Assembly: GCF_009914755.1 (NCBI RefSeq) | Contig: NC_060927.1 | Reading direction: 5' to 3' (one strand) | Origin: the human T2T-CHM13v2.0 reference genome, Homo sapiens | DNA: 64,000 nt | Shown here: positions 1 through 14,749 of the stretch, piece by piece | Position numbering within the stretch: the stretch's first letter is position 1 | Layout: the number at the start of each line of letters is the position of its first letter | Program-made: the position numbers and the translations under genes | The notes under the pieces: model-generated | Seen by the model: only the letters and a program-made list of their open reading frames with translations | Told to the model about the DNA's origin: nothing | Database searches by the model: none

Positions 1-96
1 TTAGCACGCTCACTGGCACGTGGTAAGGGCTGGATAAGTATTATTGTTATTGTTGTTATGTGTGCTACTATTTGTAGTATTAAAAATAGCAGTCCT

Positions 97-368
97 CACG
101 GTGGCTCACACCTGTACTCCTAGCACTTTGGGAGGCTGAGGTGCACAGATCAGTTGAGGTTAGAAGATTGAGATCAGCCTGGCCAACATGGTGAAGACCC
201 ATTTCTACTGAAAAAAAAAAAAAATTAGCTGGGCATGGTGGTATGCATCTGTAGTCCCAGCTACTCGGGAGGCTGAGGTACGAGAATCAGTTGAACCTGG
301 AAACGGAGGTTGCAGTGAGCTGAGATCACACCACTGCACTTCAGCCTGGGTGACAGAGCAAGACTCTG

Positions 369-403
<35 letters not shown>
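97..403 (+). mobile_element. AluS (Sx/Sz-like), slightly 5'-truncated, A31 tail
   Basis: Dimeric Alu consensus, polyA 373-403, TSD-like AGCAGTCCT at 88-96 and 403-411. Confidence 0.93.
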
Positions 404-404
<1 letters not shown>

Positions 405-864
405 CAGTCCTAGTAGAAAGAGTAAATAATTTTGGGTGCACATCTGTTGGGAAGGAAAGTGAGGTACACATGTCTGGGTTTGGAGCTCCAGGCCATATTT
501 TGTATCATGATTTGAATGTATCCTCTCTTATGATATTTTTGTAAAATTCTTGCTACTGGGTCACTGACATCTCTGTTATTCACTGGGGACGTTTTAGTTA
601 TATGAGAGACCAGAGTGAGCGAGCTACAAAGGATTAAAAAAAGAAGAGGAAGATTCATCTGTGTTCAACTTTAGTTCCAGGAATCCCCCAAAATTGCTGA
701 ACCCTGGAAGACCCCTCTGGCCTCAGTGTCCCTCTGCTCTGGGACTACTTGGTAGGGTAGCACCCATGGCAATGCTTGTAACTTTTCATTTGAATAAAAA
801 AATGAGGCAGTCTTCTCTCATATGGTATTTGTGAATTTAACGTGAATTAGTAACATGGCTCTTT

Positions 865-963
865 TTATTAAATATCTACTCTTGGAATTTTCAAGTATAC
901 AATGTATTGTTATTAATCATAGTCACCATATTGCACAATAGGTCTCTTGAACTTATTCCTCCT
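865..963 (-). mobile_element. L1MA-type 3' UTR fragment
   Basis: ttttcaagtatacaatgtattgttattaatcatagtcaccat...cttgaacttattcctcct matches the antisense L1M 3' end. Confidence 0.65.
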
Positions 964-1204
964 TGTCAGAAATTCTTCATAAAAATTTCTTATAAGAACA
1001 GAAGTTGCAGTGAGACAAGAACCATGATTCCTACAGGGATGCTTTTGTCCTCTTCTTGGGTGTCAAGGAGAAGATGGAGAGCAGGGAGACTCCAGGTACC
1101 TCAGCTATCTTATAGCAGCCCAGCAAGAAGAAGCATGGGCTGGAAAAAAGTACAAAGAATAAATGAAAGCAAATAACAATGATGATTACAACCAACACCA
1201 CTAA

Positions 1205-1430
1205 CAACAATAACTCTTCTATAGCTGTAGCTATTAACCATGTATGAGACCTTGTTCTAAATACTGCACATGTATTAGCTCACTTAGTCCTCACAACAAC
1301 CCTACAAGACAAACACTGTTGTTATTTCTGCTTTACGTTGAGCAAAATGAAGTCCAGAGGGGTTAAGAAACTTGCCTACAGCTAGTAAGTGGTTGTGGCA
1401 GGAATTGCATTCTAGGCAATTTGATCTAAT
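1205..1430 (-). mobile_element. MIR
   Basis: cctcacaacaaccct...agaggggttaagaaacttgcc, antisense MIR core. Confidence 0.75.
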
Positions 1431-1449
1431 TGGCATTTAGGGATAACAA

Positions 1450-2420
<971 letters not shown>

Positions 2421-2899
2421 ATAAGAAGTCAACAAGGGAGATAAAATGAAACACTAAAGATATTTGATTAGTCTAGTCCAGTACCCTGGTTTCAGAGTCT
2501 GTACCAAAAAGCATGGTGTCTTGGAGACCTATGAGGAGGAGAGAAGTGTGATGATTTTGAAGAAAAAGAGGTCTAGAACAGTGGTACAGCTACAGAAATG
2601 GAAGGGGAAAAGAGATTTTAAGAAGATAGCCAAGTGTTACAAACTGTATTCCTTTTGAAGTTTGTTAAATATAAAAGGAAAATCAGAATTGCTGCAAATT
2701 ACTCCCGGTTGGTGGACTGTGGTTCATTGAATGAATTAAATGTGGAGTCATGAGGAGCTCTCTATTTTAGTCAAGCTTCAGGTCCTCAGTTAAGGTTGGA
2801 TCGAAAGCAATAACTGTGGACCGAGCTCTAATGCTTACTCTGACTTGGGCAAGTCTTTTAACCACTTTAAGCTCCAATTTCTCTAAGTGTAAATGGGGG

Positions 2900-3596
2900 T
2901 TCATTTATTCACTTATTCATCTAAACAATAAATAATTCACTGGACTTTTGCTACATGTCAGTCTCTGTATGAAGGTCCTATGAAAAAAGGAAACAAATTT
3001 CCCTTCTGACAAGGAACTCACAGTCTAGTGGGGAAGACAGACAACAAACTAATAAATAAAGAAGTATATGATATACATGATAAGAGCTCTGGTGAAAACA
3101 AAACAGAGTAAGAGAGAGAGGGAGGACACAGCGGGGCCAGGTAAGGCTTTCTGATAAGGTATAGAAATGTTGGAGATCTGGGTGAAAGGGAAAGGAAACA
3201 GCCAGGACAAGGGTCTTGAGATGGGGGTGTACTTTGTGCCTAGGAGGAAAAGCAAGGAGGCCAGTGTGGCTGGAACAGTGATCAAGACCAGGTACGTAGG
3301 GTCTTGTAGTCATGGTAACAACACTGGCTTTTACTCTGAATGAGATGGGGAATCATTGGAGGTTTTCCTGCATTCGAGTGGCAGGATCTGACTTGTGTTT
3401 TTTAAAAATATTGCTTCACAGTAGGAAATAGGCTACTGGGAGGCAGGGGCAGAAGCAGGGTACTGCTTACGAGGCAGGAGCAGCAAGTGAAGGGGAGCAG
3501 CAATGGAGGCTTGGAAGCCAATGGTGAGATGGAAGCAGGGGTGAAGGGTTGAATTCTAGATTTATCTTGAAGATGGAGTGAAAAGAATTTGATGAC
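2900..3596 (-). mobile_element. L2 (3' part, antisense); continues at about 5290-5380 after the Alu/L1 composite
   Basis: ttcatttattcacttattc...cagtctagtggggaagacagac...gcaaggaggccagtgtggctgga...ggcttttactctgaatgagatgggga are L2 motifs. Confidence 0.8.
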
Positions 3597-3683
3597 GGCC
3601 AGGTTTGGTGGCTCATGCCTGTAATCCCAGCCCTTTGAGAGGCTGAGGTGGGAGGACTGCCTGAGGCTAAGAGTTCGAGACCA
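3597..3683 (+). mobile_element. AluJ, 5' portion (interrupted by L1)
   Basis: ggccaggtttggtggctcatgcctgtaatcccagc...gagttcgagacca, then an abrupt switch to L1. Confidence 0.93.
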
Positions 3684-4197
3684 AAGGACTATAAATCATG
3701 CTGCCATAAAGACACATGCACATGTATGTTTACTGTGGCACTATTCACAATAGCAAAGACTTGGAACCAACCCAAATGTCCAACAATGATAGACTGGATT
3801 AAGAAAATGTGGCACATATACACCATGGAATACTATGCAGCCATAAAAAAGGATGAGCTCATGTCCTTTGTAGGGACATGGATGAAACTGGAAATCATCA
3901 TTCTCAGTAAACTATCGCAAGGACAAAAAACCAAACACCACATGTTCTCACTCATAGATCGGAATTGAACAATAAGAACACATGGACACAGGAAAGGGAA
4001 CATCACACTCTGGGGACTGTTGTGGGGTCGGGGGAGTGGGGAGGGATAGCATTAGGAGATATACCTAATGCTAAATGACGAGTTAATGGTGCAGCACACC
4101 AGCATGGCACATGTATACATATGTAACTAACCTGCACATTGTGCACATGTACCATAAAACTTAAAGTATAATAAAAAAAAATAAAAAAAAAAAGAAA
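3681..4197 (+). mobile_element. 5'-truncated L1PA3-like element (ORF2p C-terminus, 3' UTR, polyA)
   Basis: ORF 3648-3968 contains the ORF2p C-terminus (FTIAKTWNQPKCPTMIDWIKKMWHIYTMEYYAAIK...FSLI). The 3' UTR reads gctaaatgacgagttaatg...aactaacctgcacattgtgcacatgtacc; A-tail from 4170. Confidence 0.93.
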
Positions 4198-5057
4198 GAG
4201 GCAAGAAAAAAACCACTGACTGTATATGAGAGAAATCCAATAAGATTAACTGCTAATATCTCATCAGGAACAATGAAGGCCATAAGGCAGTGGGAAGACA
4301 TATTACAAATGCTAAAGACTAAAGGTAAGAGAATGTGTGCCTTGCTTAAAGTAATGAATCTATAAAAGATTAGAAATAGAAATTAAGCCTAAGTTTTATT
4401 TCTCTAAATCAGTTAGTTTAGTAGTATTCAATGGATCTCTGACCTAAATAGACATAAAATTTCCCTGATGTTCTTATTTAAAATGCAGATATTTGGACTA
4501 CAACCTTAGAAAATCTTATGCTGGATTTGGCATGGGTTTCAAGAATCTGCATTTGAATGTGCTTTAGAAGTAATTTTATGTGGGTCATTTGAATTACAGT
4601 CCAATAGCACAAAGAGGTACAGTAAAGAGTGATCATGGAGCTAGAGAGATAAGCACTGGAATCCTCATTCATCACTATCTGCCTATTTAACTGGTGTAAA
4701 GAAGAAGTTTCTTGCATTTCTAGTTGTTATAGTTAGTAAAAATGGTAACTCTAATATCTTGTAGAGCTGTTGTAAGAATTAAATAATATATATGAAGCTA
4801 ACCGCCAAATCTGATAGGCATTTGTTTTCCTCTCATTCCTACTTTCTTGCTCATTCTACTGGCATTCCCATTTTCTGATGCTACCTTCCCCTAAAACCAT
4901 AATTATTTTCATCTCAAATTGTAACTTATTTTTCTTCTATTATGTCTTTTCACAAGAAAAAAATAAATTTTAACTGAAATTGTCTGTTTGGATAATTAAA
5001 ATAAGGACATTAAATTTTGAACCTGGTTAGAAAATTAAAAAAAAAAAAAAAAAAAAA
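4198..5057 (+). mobile_element. L1 3'-transduced flank (old L1M ORF1 piece, MER5-like and MIR fragments) ending in a second polyA
   Basis: Lies between the L1 tail and a pure A-run (5037-5057) followed directly by the TSD GAGTTCGAGACCA; ATTAAA at 5009-5014. Confidence 0.85.
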
Positions 5058-5058
5058 G

Positions 5059-5287
5059 GAGTTCGAGACCAGCCAAGACAACATAGTGAGATCCCACCTC
5101 TACAAATTTTTTTAAAAAAACTTAGCTGGGCGTGGTGGTACATGGCTGTAGTCCCAGCTACTTGGGAGGCTGAGGTGGGAGGACTGCCTGAGCCCAAGAG
5201 GTCAAGGCTGCAGTAAGCTATGATAGCACCTTTGCACTCCAGTCTGGGTCACAGAGCAAGACCCTGTCTCAAAAAGAAAAACAAAAA
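5059..5287 (+). mobile_element. AluJ, 3' portion (resumes exactly at the duplicated site)
   Basis: gagttcgagaccagcc...gaggtcaaggctgcagtaagctatgat...gaccctgtctcaaaaa, J diagnostics. Confidence 0.93.
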
Positions 5288-5674
5288 TTGATGGTGGATG
5301 AGAAAGAAAAATGTCAAGGATTACTTCAAGGTTTTTGGTCTGGGTATCTGGGTGTCGGGGGGGCATTTATTAAGATGGGAGAATGATAATACCTAATCCT
5401 TGTGAGGTGGTTTCAGTGATAAAATGAGAGAATGGATGTGAATGCACTTCCTGAACTTGAAAACACCATGCAGATATAAAAGATGAAAATTAGAAAGGCA
5501 TCTAGGAGTTGCTGATTCTCAAATATGCCCAGATACTAACATTTTAAGGTCAAGAAGCAGTGTTGATTTTTCCCATTGACACATTTCTATTCAATAAAGT
5601 TATTCTGAATGGCCCAGTGGCTCATTCAAAGAACCACAGTGCACACCAATATTCATAATTCCCAGTGATTCTTA

Positions 5675-6136
<462 letters not shown>

Positions 6137-6745
6137 TTAAGTTTAAATGGAAAAAAAATGTACTCCATAAACATTTTTATTTTCTCTGAATAGTCCCTTA
6201 GGCAACTAAGGTTGCTCATCCCTGATTTAGGCCACATTGGGTCCGATGGTGTTATTAAGGCACTCACCGTTCACTTTTCAGAGCTATTTTAAGCTCTCTT
6301 GGTGTATCTCCTGGCAGGGGTAATTTTAAAATGGAAGTCCAGCAATATGAAATAGCTATGAAACCTGTCAGAAGTGAGCTACATATTTCTTCTGTCATCT
6401 GTAGGGTCAAGGTAGCCTGAAATATGTTAATAATTTTACAAACAAGTCAACACAAAAATTCCCCAATCCAAATCAGGTAGTTCAGTTTCTAGCAGAGTGA
6501 ATGAAGAGAATGTGGGAAATGGGCATTCATCCAATAGGGAAAATAATACCTGTGTCAAGTGGTTGCTGTGGAGAGTAAGTGACACAATAAAACTCCTAGT
6601 ACAGTGCTTCAGAGAGAACTCGAATGTAGGTTGAGGCACTGATCATTTTTTTAAAGGAAGTTTAAAAAAAGCACTTTAGAGGACAGATACATTCATTCAT
6701 ATTCTGTTCTTTATTTTCTCTCTTTGATCTGCCCTACCCTCTTTG

Positions 6746-6746
<1 letters not shown>

Positions 6747-6771
<25 letters not shown>
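6747..6771. repeat. (CT)n microsatellite
   Basis: Direct reading. Confidence 0.95.
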
Positions 6772-6776
<5 letters not shown>

Positions 6777-7590
6777 ACGTCTGTTCTGCTCACTCATGTG
6801 CTGGTTCCTTTAGCAAATATTTATGGAGTATTTATGAGGCAGGATTTTGCTAAAGATGAAGATCTTCTCTTGTGTACTACAGAAACCTAACTGAATTATC
6901 AACTCCTTTGTCTTGAAAGTAGGATGTTCATCACAGAGGGGGAAGACATATTAGGGAGAAATTCCACGAATATTGTCAGAATATATACCAGGAGCATGAT
7001 AAGAAGGAAGAACGGTAGACCTCAGCAATGTTTCACGGCATTCTAATTTAATCGAAGAAAACCTGGTTGTACTTCATCCTGGACACTTGACAAAGGACTG
7101 AGTGTGTCCTTAGGGCCCTGCACATGCTCCTGTGGCTTTTTCACACCCCAGGCAGAAGAGCTTTGCCATAATCCCAGCTCAGGCTTGGCATAATTTGGCC
7201 TCAAGACAATGCAAAGCAAATTCTCTAAATCCAAACCAAACCTTGGGTTGAGTCACTGGTCTCCAGCTCACAGGTGACCTTTGCTTCCTCTGGAACCCTT
7301 CATACCTGAACCTCTCTGGTGCCCTGACTGGTAGGTCTTTGTTTTTCTCTGGAACCTTGGGCTTTTTTTTGCTTCCTAGAACTCTGAGGCACCATGGCTA
7401 GGCTCCTGTTCTTTACTATCTGACTGCATGCTGCTGTGGTCTGCTCATCTACTGGGAAGTTCAATTCCTGTCCTGGTCACGCCCTCCTGGACTTCATGTG
7501 GGCTTCTGTTTAGACCTGTCTTAATCACGGCTAGGCCCTGAAATTGGGTTTGTGAATTCCCCAAACCTCTAGTACATCTACCCAATCCTC

Positions 7591-7891
<301 letters not shown>

Positions 7892-8768
7892 TAACCCTCA
7901 TTTTTAATGGCACTTTTAGTACTTTGAGCTTTATCATCAATATACATATACCCAAAAAAGAATTAACGAGACCTCTCTAGGGCCCAGAGGGGCTAAGCAG
8001 AATGATAGCCAGTTGGCAGCGTACCTGCAGAATACCCGCCAAACACTCCATTCCCTTCTACTAAACTTTCCCTTTTCAGAGTTACACGATTATCATGTTT
8101 TCTGAGATAATGACATCCATGTGATTTAGTTTAATAGGTCATGGCTCAGCATATACTCAGTCACCAACAAACATTTGCTAGAAAAATCACTGGTCTTATT
8201 TGGCATCTTACCTATTCTTTTTGCTTTACTTGAAATTAATTGGTCATTTTTCTCAAACCTTAAGAAAATGAAGATGATCACAAATTTTCTATTTTTTTCT
8301 CATTCATTTAAATGCTGCACTAAATACTAAAATATATTAAATGTGAGTTGATTGAAGGTGGCCTCTCCCTGCTGCTCACACCTCAAAGATGTGGGTTGCT
8401 GATTGAGGTGCAAGTGAGTCATATGCAGAGTTTGAATGATCTGGATGCCTCCGACAAGGTACGCGGAGCCTGTAAGACCTCTCCAAACTAGAATCACCTA
8501 GCATGCTGCTAGGAAAGTTTTGAATTGTCCTAGAAACCGTATTAGAGAAAGAGAAGGACATTTTTCTATTTTGACAGCAAAAATGCAAATACAGTCATCC
8601 TAAGAATTGAGGAAGTTTACAGTAAATATCAAAGTCGAATATTTTAATATGAATTCTTTATATTTCCTTCTACATAGTTCTCTGAAGATCTTGTGTTTAT
8701 TTTTGTTTTCATTTTGAGAAATGAACAGACGTGTGTCCAAAACTGCTAGTTGGGGAAGAAACACTTAC

Positions 8769-8908
8769 CCAGAATGCTTCATGTTTTGAGGCTTATCCAT
8801 TCGGACAGCAAGTTTGATTTTGAGATCTTGGTCGGGGCAGTTTTTGGAGACTGTCATTTTGTGCCACTCTGACTGTTTGGGGCTGTTCGGGGTGGGATGG
8901 AGAATAAC
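8769..8908 (-). CDS. CADPS: CADPS (CAPS1) coding exon, 140 nt, end of C2 domain / start of PH linker (probably exon 8)
   Basis: Minus-strand acceptor tcctttttcccctacAG (AG at 8910-8909) and donor GG|GTAAGT (GT at 8768-8767). Translates without stops as [46 protein letters not shown]+GG, recognised as CAPS1 sequence. Phase 0 start matches the upstream exon. Exon number is from memory. Confidence 0.97.
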
Positions 8909-11900
8909 CTGTAGGGGAAAAAGGACAAGCAACTAGAAAAGAGAAGCACCATTATGTTTTTATAGATTAGAAACTTTGATTCTGAGTAGTGGAGTGACTT
9001 GAACAATTCCCACTGTGGAGCAGCCATACCTGGGGATAGAAACACATTCTTTTGATCCTTCCTGGCTAATTTTGTAAAAGTAAAGATTTCTGTAATTCTG
9101 TGATGATTCTGTCATGAAAATCATGATCTCTGTGATTCTGCTTTGACTTTTCTAATGTTCAGACGTACTAAACAAACCCAGAATGGAGAATATTGTCCAC
9201 ACATTATTCTCTACATCTTTGTATAAGAAGATGGATGCATAAAAGGAAGAAATATGCTTATATATTAGACAGTCCTTTTAGTCCACTCTTTTTCTCCATT
9301 CTTTAGGATTTCTTTCACTTTTCAAGAGGAGAAATTCCTCAAGGCCCCCAGGGGAAAATGGAAGGAACCTTATTAGATGGATGAGAAATGTGAGACTCAG
9401 GGAAGGAAAGGGACTTGATTGGAGTCACACATTTCAACCTGATTTCACCTGGCCTGGAAATCTTATCACACAACATCCAACTTTGCCCTGGCATGGAGGA
9501 AAGCACACATGACTTGAAGAAGGACCATTTCTTAGGAAATGCCTTTCATCAGTGTGCTTCAGAGATGGCAGTTTGATTTGGGTCTTCTGCATCCATTCTT
9601 ATTGTCTGGAATTCTGAGAGTGAAACAGGAAGTGAGTAACTCACTAAATCCACTTTTCGCTTTGTGATCACGGAGTTCTCAGGAGACACATGGGATCTGG
9701 GGAATATGCATTTAGGGAGGAATTGAATATTTGGAAAATCCTTGAAACTAAGGGAACATGAACTAAATATAGGCACAACAAAAGCTGGGCTTGCTAAGAT
9801 TTGCTTCTGTGATGGCAGCACGCCCTGGTTTGTGGCACATTGTTTTGGCTGTTTTCAAAGTATTTATTTTCTCTAGGTGCAAGGATGGCAGGCCCCTTTC
9901 CTGGGCTTCTTTCACCTCTGGAGGTGGCCGTGAGGGGCTCATGGTCTTATGGGTGGACACTCTGGCCTTCTAGATGCTGTATCAGCTTCACTAGTCATGC
10001 AAGCTTGGCCCATGCTTGAAGGGCAGACACATATGGCTCCCTGTGTGATTGTGAAACAAGACTGCTGAGAGGAGGAGGAGGAGGCCATGGCAGAAAAAAA
10101 AATCAGCCCACTTAGATGTGCTTCATTTATGCCGATTTCTCAGCCCTTCTCTTTCTGGGCCTGACCCTTTTTCTTCATTAAGTTCCCTGTCTCTGATGAA
10201 ATATACATTCTTGCTAACCACAAATTTCAAGTCTTCCCACTGTCTTATGACATGATTGAAATACAGAAAAGCCTGATTTTTCAGAACAGAGGCTGTCAGT
10301 GTTTTTTGATCATGCCCTACTTTAGTACAATGTTGTTGAGCAATTAGCCCAGTATCTGTATACTAACATTTTATATTACATAAGTTTACTTTGTATTAAT
10401 ATATTACCTTATCACATATATCATAAAATATACAAAAATCAAAGATGGGCTAAAGATTTAAAAATCTACATTTTGGAATAACTTGCTAATTGTGGTGGCT
10501 GTGGTGTTATTAGCTATCTTTAAGGTACCACATATATTTAGGGCAAGGTACATTGTTGATGACATTGGTTATAAATCTGTAGTTTGAGTTGTCTTCTCAA
10601 TAATTTCATCATGTCTTGACTGACATCTTGTCCCATCTGATTACATTGGCATTGTTTTTATCTCATGATATGAGTGACAGAGTGTTTGCCAGTAGGTCAG
10701 GTGTTGGCTCCACCATTTTCTTGTTTGCCAGGCTTGCATTGCTAGTACTACCTCCAAATCAGAGCTTTTGTGCAGTTATCTTCTGAGGTCGCTTATTTTG
10801 TAAAGGTTGATTTAGTTAAAGCTCCAGCATAAAATGTATAAATTCACTTAACCGGCACCAGAGAACTGCAACATATCATAGGACAGATGCTGGGAGGAAA
10901 TGAGTGAGATAGGGCACTGCTGGGTTGTGGAGACCTCTCCCTTTTCTCCAGGAACTGCCTGTTCTTACACGTCACCCTGTATCATGTACCACATCCCGAG
11001 GCCTGACACTTTGTGGGAGCTGCTGATTTCAGTGAAGCTGACCCTCCATCCTGAGCTGGTCTGGCCTGAGAGAGGTAGGGGTGAGATGTGCTGGGAAGCC
11101 AGAAAGGGAGGTGCTGGTAAGAGACACCCCATCCAGGGCCAGAACCGCGGTAAGTAAGAAAGGCCCTGGGCTTCTGTCTGCTCCTGCCTGTTTGGCAAAA
11201 TCACAGAGGGAGCAGTGCTCTGGGCACCCGCAGCTCATTAACAGGCCTTTCGCCATATGGATTCTGGGCGTGCTTCCCACTGGCAATATGGTGTCCATTC
11301 GTGACGCAATAGCCGCAGCTCATTACCGGCTATGCCACAAAGACTTCGTCCCCTGTGCAACTGCTTGCTGGGGAGCCCTCTTTTCCAGGGTGGATGGAGA
11401 GATGAAGTGACCACAGCTCTCTTCTGTCTTTGCCCCCACCCTGCCATGCCTCTGACAGGCTGATGACTCATTTGTATGTGTCAGCACTGCTGAATTATGA
11501 GGGTCCTTCTGGGTGCACATGAATCCCAAGCAGACCAGACACCTCATCTGGACATTCCAGGCTGCTAATCAAGCACTTTGTCAATTCAGCCGAGGACCAT
11601 GTGTGCTGCACTTTGATGTGGGGATGCTGATGTGGCCGCCACGACCCACCCCCTGAAGTAGCTGCACTCCAGCCAGCCGTGGCTTCTCCTAGTTGCCTGG
11701 GCACACAGGCAGGGCCTGCTAGGGGGCTGCTTTACCCTCAGCCTTTACCTGACAGATCCCCTCCTCGACTTAGCCTATATCTCTTCAGTACCTCTTGCAT
11801 ACCCCAGGAAAGAATCCCTGTCCCTGAGACTGTATGACTGGATTCTGCCTTCTTGCTAGGTGCTTCATTTCCAGGTCTTTCTTTTTTTTTTTTTTTTCCT

Positions 11901-12054
11901 AGCAGAACACTTCCCACATTGCACTATAATTTCTGTTTTTATGTCTGTGTCCCTTATGCTTTGTGAGGTTAAGGGTTTTTTACCAGTCATTATTCCTATT
12001 TGCTCTGTGCACAGGACAAATGATTGGACACAGAGGGCCTACAATCCTATAATA

Positions 12055-12680
12055 TTGCAGGGTTGGGAAGGATGCAGGAAAACAGGCATTCTCTTATGCC
12101 TTTTGTGGAAGGATCAATTGGTGCATGCACTTTAGGGGACAATTTGGCAGTAGCTGTCAAATTTCAAATTTCAGTCAGCAAAATATTTTTTGAAAATTTA
12201 TTCTATAGATACCCACACATATACAAATAAATAAATTCAAGGCTATTCACTGAAGCATTGTTTATATAGCCAAAGATGAAATAATCTAAAAATTCATCCA
12301 TAGAGGATTTGTTAAATAAAATATATCTACATAATGGAATACAATGTAGCTATGTAAAAAGGAGACAGGTCAGTCTAGGGTCATATGAAAACTAATCACC
12401 AAATATAATGATTTCAGGCACCATGTAGAGAAGTGTGTATATAGTAGCTTCCAACTGTGCTTTTTTTAAAAGAGGGGGAATATATACATATGTGCTTATA
12501 TACGCTATGTTGGTACATGCAGAGACTATCTGGGGAAGGATACCATAAATTGAAAACAAAATCTTTCTCTGGGAAGGGATACTATGGTGAGATAGAAGAG
12601 AAAAATTAATTTTCACTATATATCAATTTTAACTTGTTTTCACAATGTGCATGAATTTTTTTTAATTAAAAAGGTTATTA
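12055..12680 (+). mobile_element. L1ME-type 3' fragment
   Basis: gaaaacaggcattctc...ggacaatttggcagtagct...tattcactgaagcattgttt...ataatggaatacaatgtagc, degenerate L1 3' end. Confidence 0.7.
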
Positions 12681-13373
12681 AAAACAAAACATAACCCTAA
12701 AGAAACAAACCAAAAAGTGGTTGAATAAGTAAATGTAACGCCAGGATTCTAAACACAGGTCTGCTAAGTGTGGGAAGAATTCGAGCATAGAAACACTCTC
12801 TCGTGAGGTCCAAGTGTGGCTTCACTGCACTCTTAGGTCACCCAGCTGCTGCCCATGAAGATGCTGCCAGCAGAGGGTGTCCAGCCAGCACAAGAGCCAG
12901 GCAGGCCAGCTCCGCTGCAATTGGCAGAAAGTTTCTTTGGCACAAAGGAGGGGTAAACTAGCATCTGGGGGAATGTATGAGGGGCCTGAAGAAGAGAATG
13001 AACCATTATGAAATGAGTGTGTGTGGGGCTGTGGCAAGCCCATGGTCTTCACCACCACAGCACAGCCCAGGGTTTTATTTTTGTGTAGGGACAACACAGT
13101 GTAGTGCAAATAGCCCTGGAGATGAGGCAACATGATTCCTGAAGTAACTGAACCCTCTGGGCGTCAGCATGCTCTTCTGTACAAGAGAGGTGATGACTGT
13201 GGCTGCCTCAGTAGGGTTGTCTTGAGAGAGCACTGAGGGGCTGTGCACAAAGTCTTTGGGACAGTGGCCTGGCCCATGCATGGGTCCCTGACTGGCTTGA
13301 TCGCTCTGGAGAGGTCTCCCGCTTTCCATGGGAGCAAGTTTTCTCATCTATAAAACAAAGGATTTCAATATGT

Positions 13374-13856
<483 letters not shown>

Positions 13857-14425
13857 GCTGGTCAGTTACACTTGTTCCTTCTAACACTAATATTCAGGAT
13901 CTCTGAGACTCGTGATTCTTAACATCTGCCTTACTGGAAAAGGAGAAATTTGAAGAAAAATGAAAGGCAGGATAATTCTTCCACTCTATGTGTGTCTCTC
14001 TTTCCCTAGGGACAGAAATGAGTATCGTTTCTCAAAGAAAACAGCTAAACCTTTTATTTTCTTTCATCATCCCCTTTCCTCCCACTTTTCTGGGTAGGGA
14101 CACTGTTTTTTTGTTTTTGCTGTTAGCTTTATTTACTTTTCGTTTTATCTCCATCTGTAGTCTATGCTGCAGTAATATGACTCCAGGTTGATTCTATAGA
14201 TGAAAGCCAGATTGGAAAAATGGGTGAAAGAAAGGAAGAAAAAAAGGAAGCACAGGAGATGAATTCTTGCTGGCATCGTTAGGTGTGTGTGCCTGTGTGC
14301 TTGTCTGGGGTGGTCTCTCATTATGCTATAGATGTTATATCAGAGGCTCAGAGAGATTCTCTGGGCTGAGATCACGTAGCTTTCAGGAGTGATTACACAT
14401 TAAACCAGAATGAAATAAAATTTAT

Positions 14426-14743
<318 letters not shown>

Positions 14744-14749
14744 GAAATA

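Noticed and set aside
3648-3968. 106-aa ORF fusing Alu sequence to the L1 ORF2p C-terminus
   Set aside because: By-product of the L1 insertion into the Alu; non-ATG start, no promoter, not a gene.
8389-8458. 70-nt + strand exon-like segment (AAG acceptor, AAG|GTACGC donor)
   Set aside because: Weak sites and antisense to CADPS.
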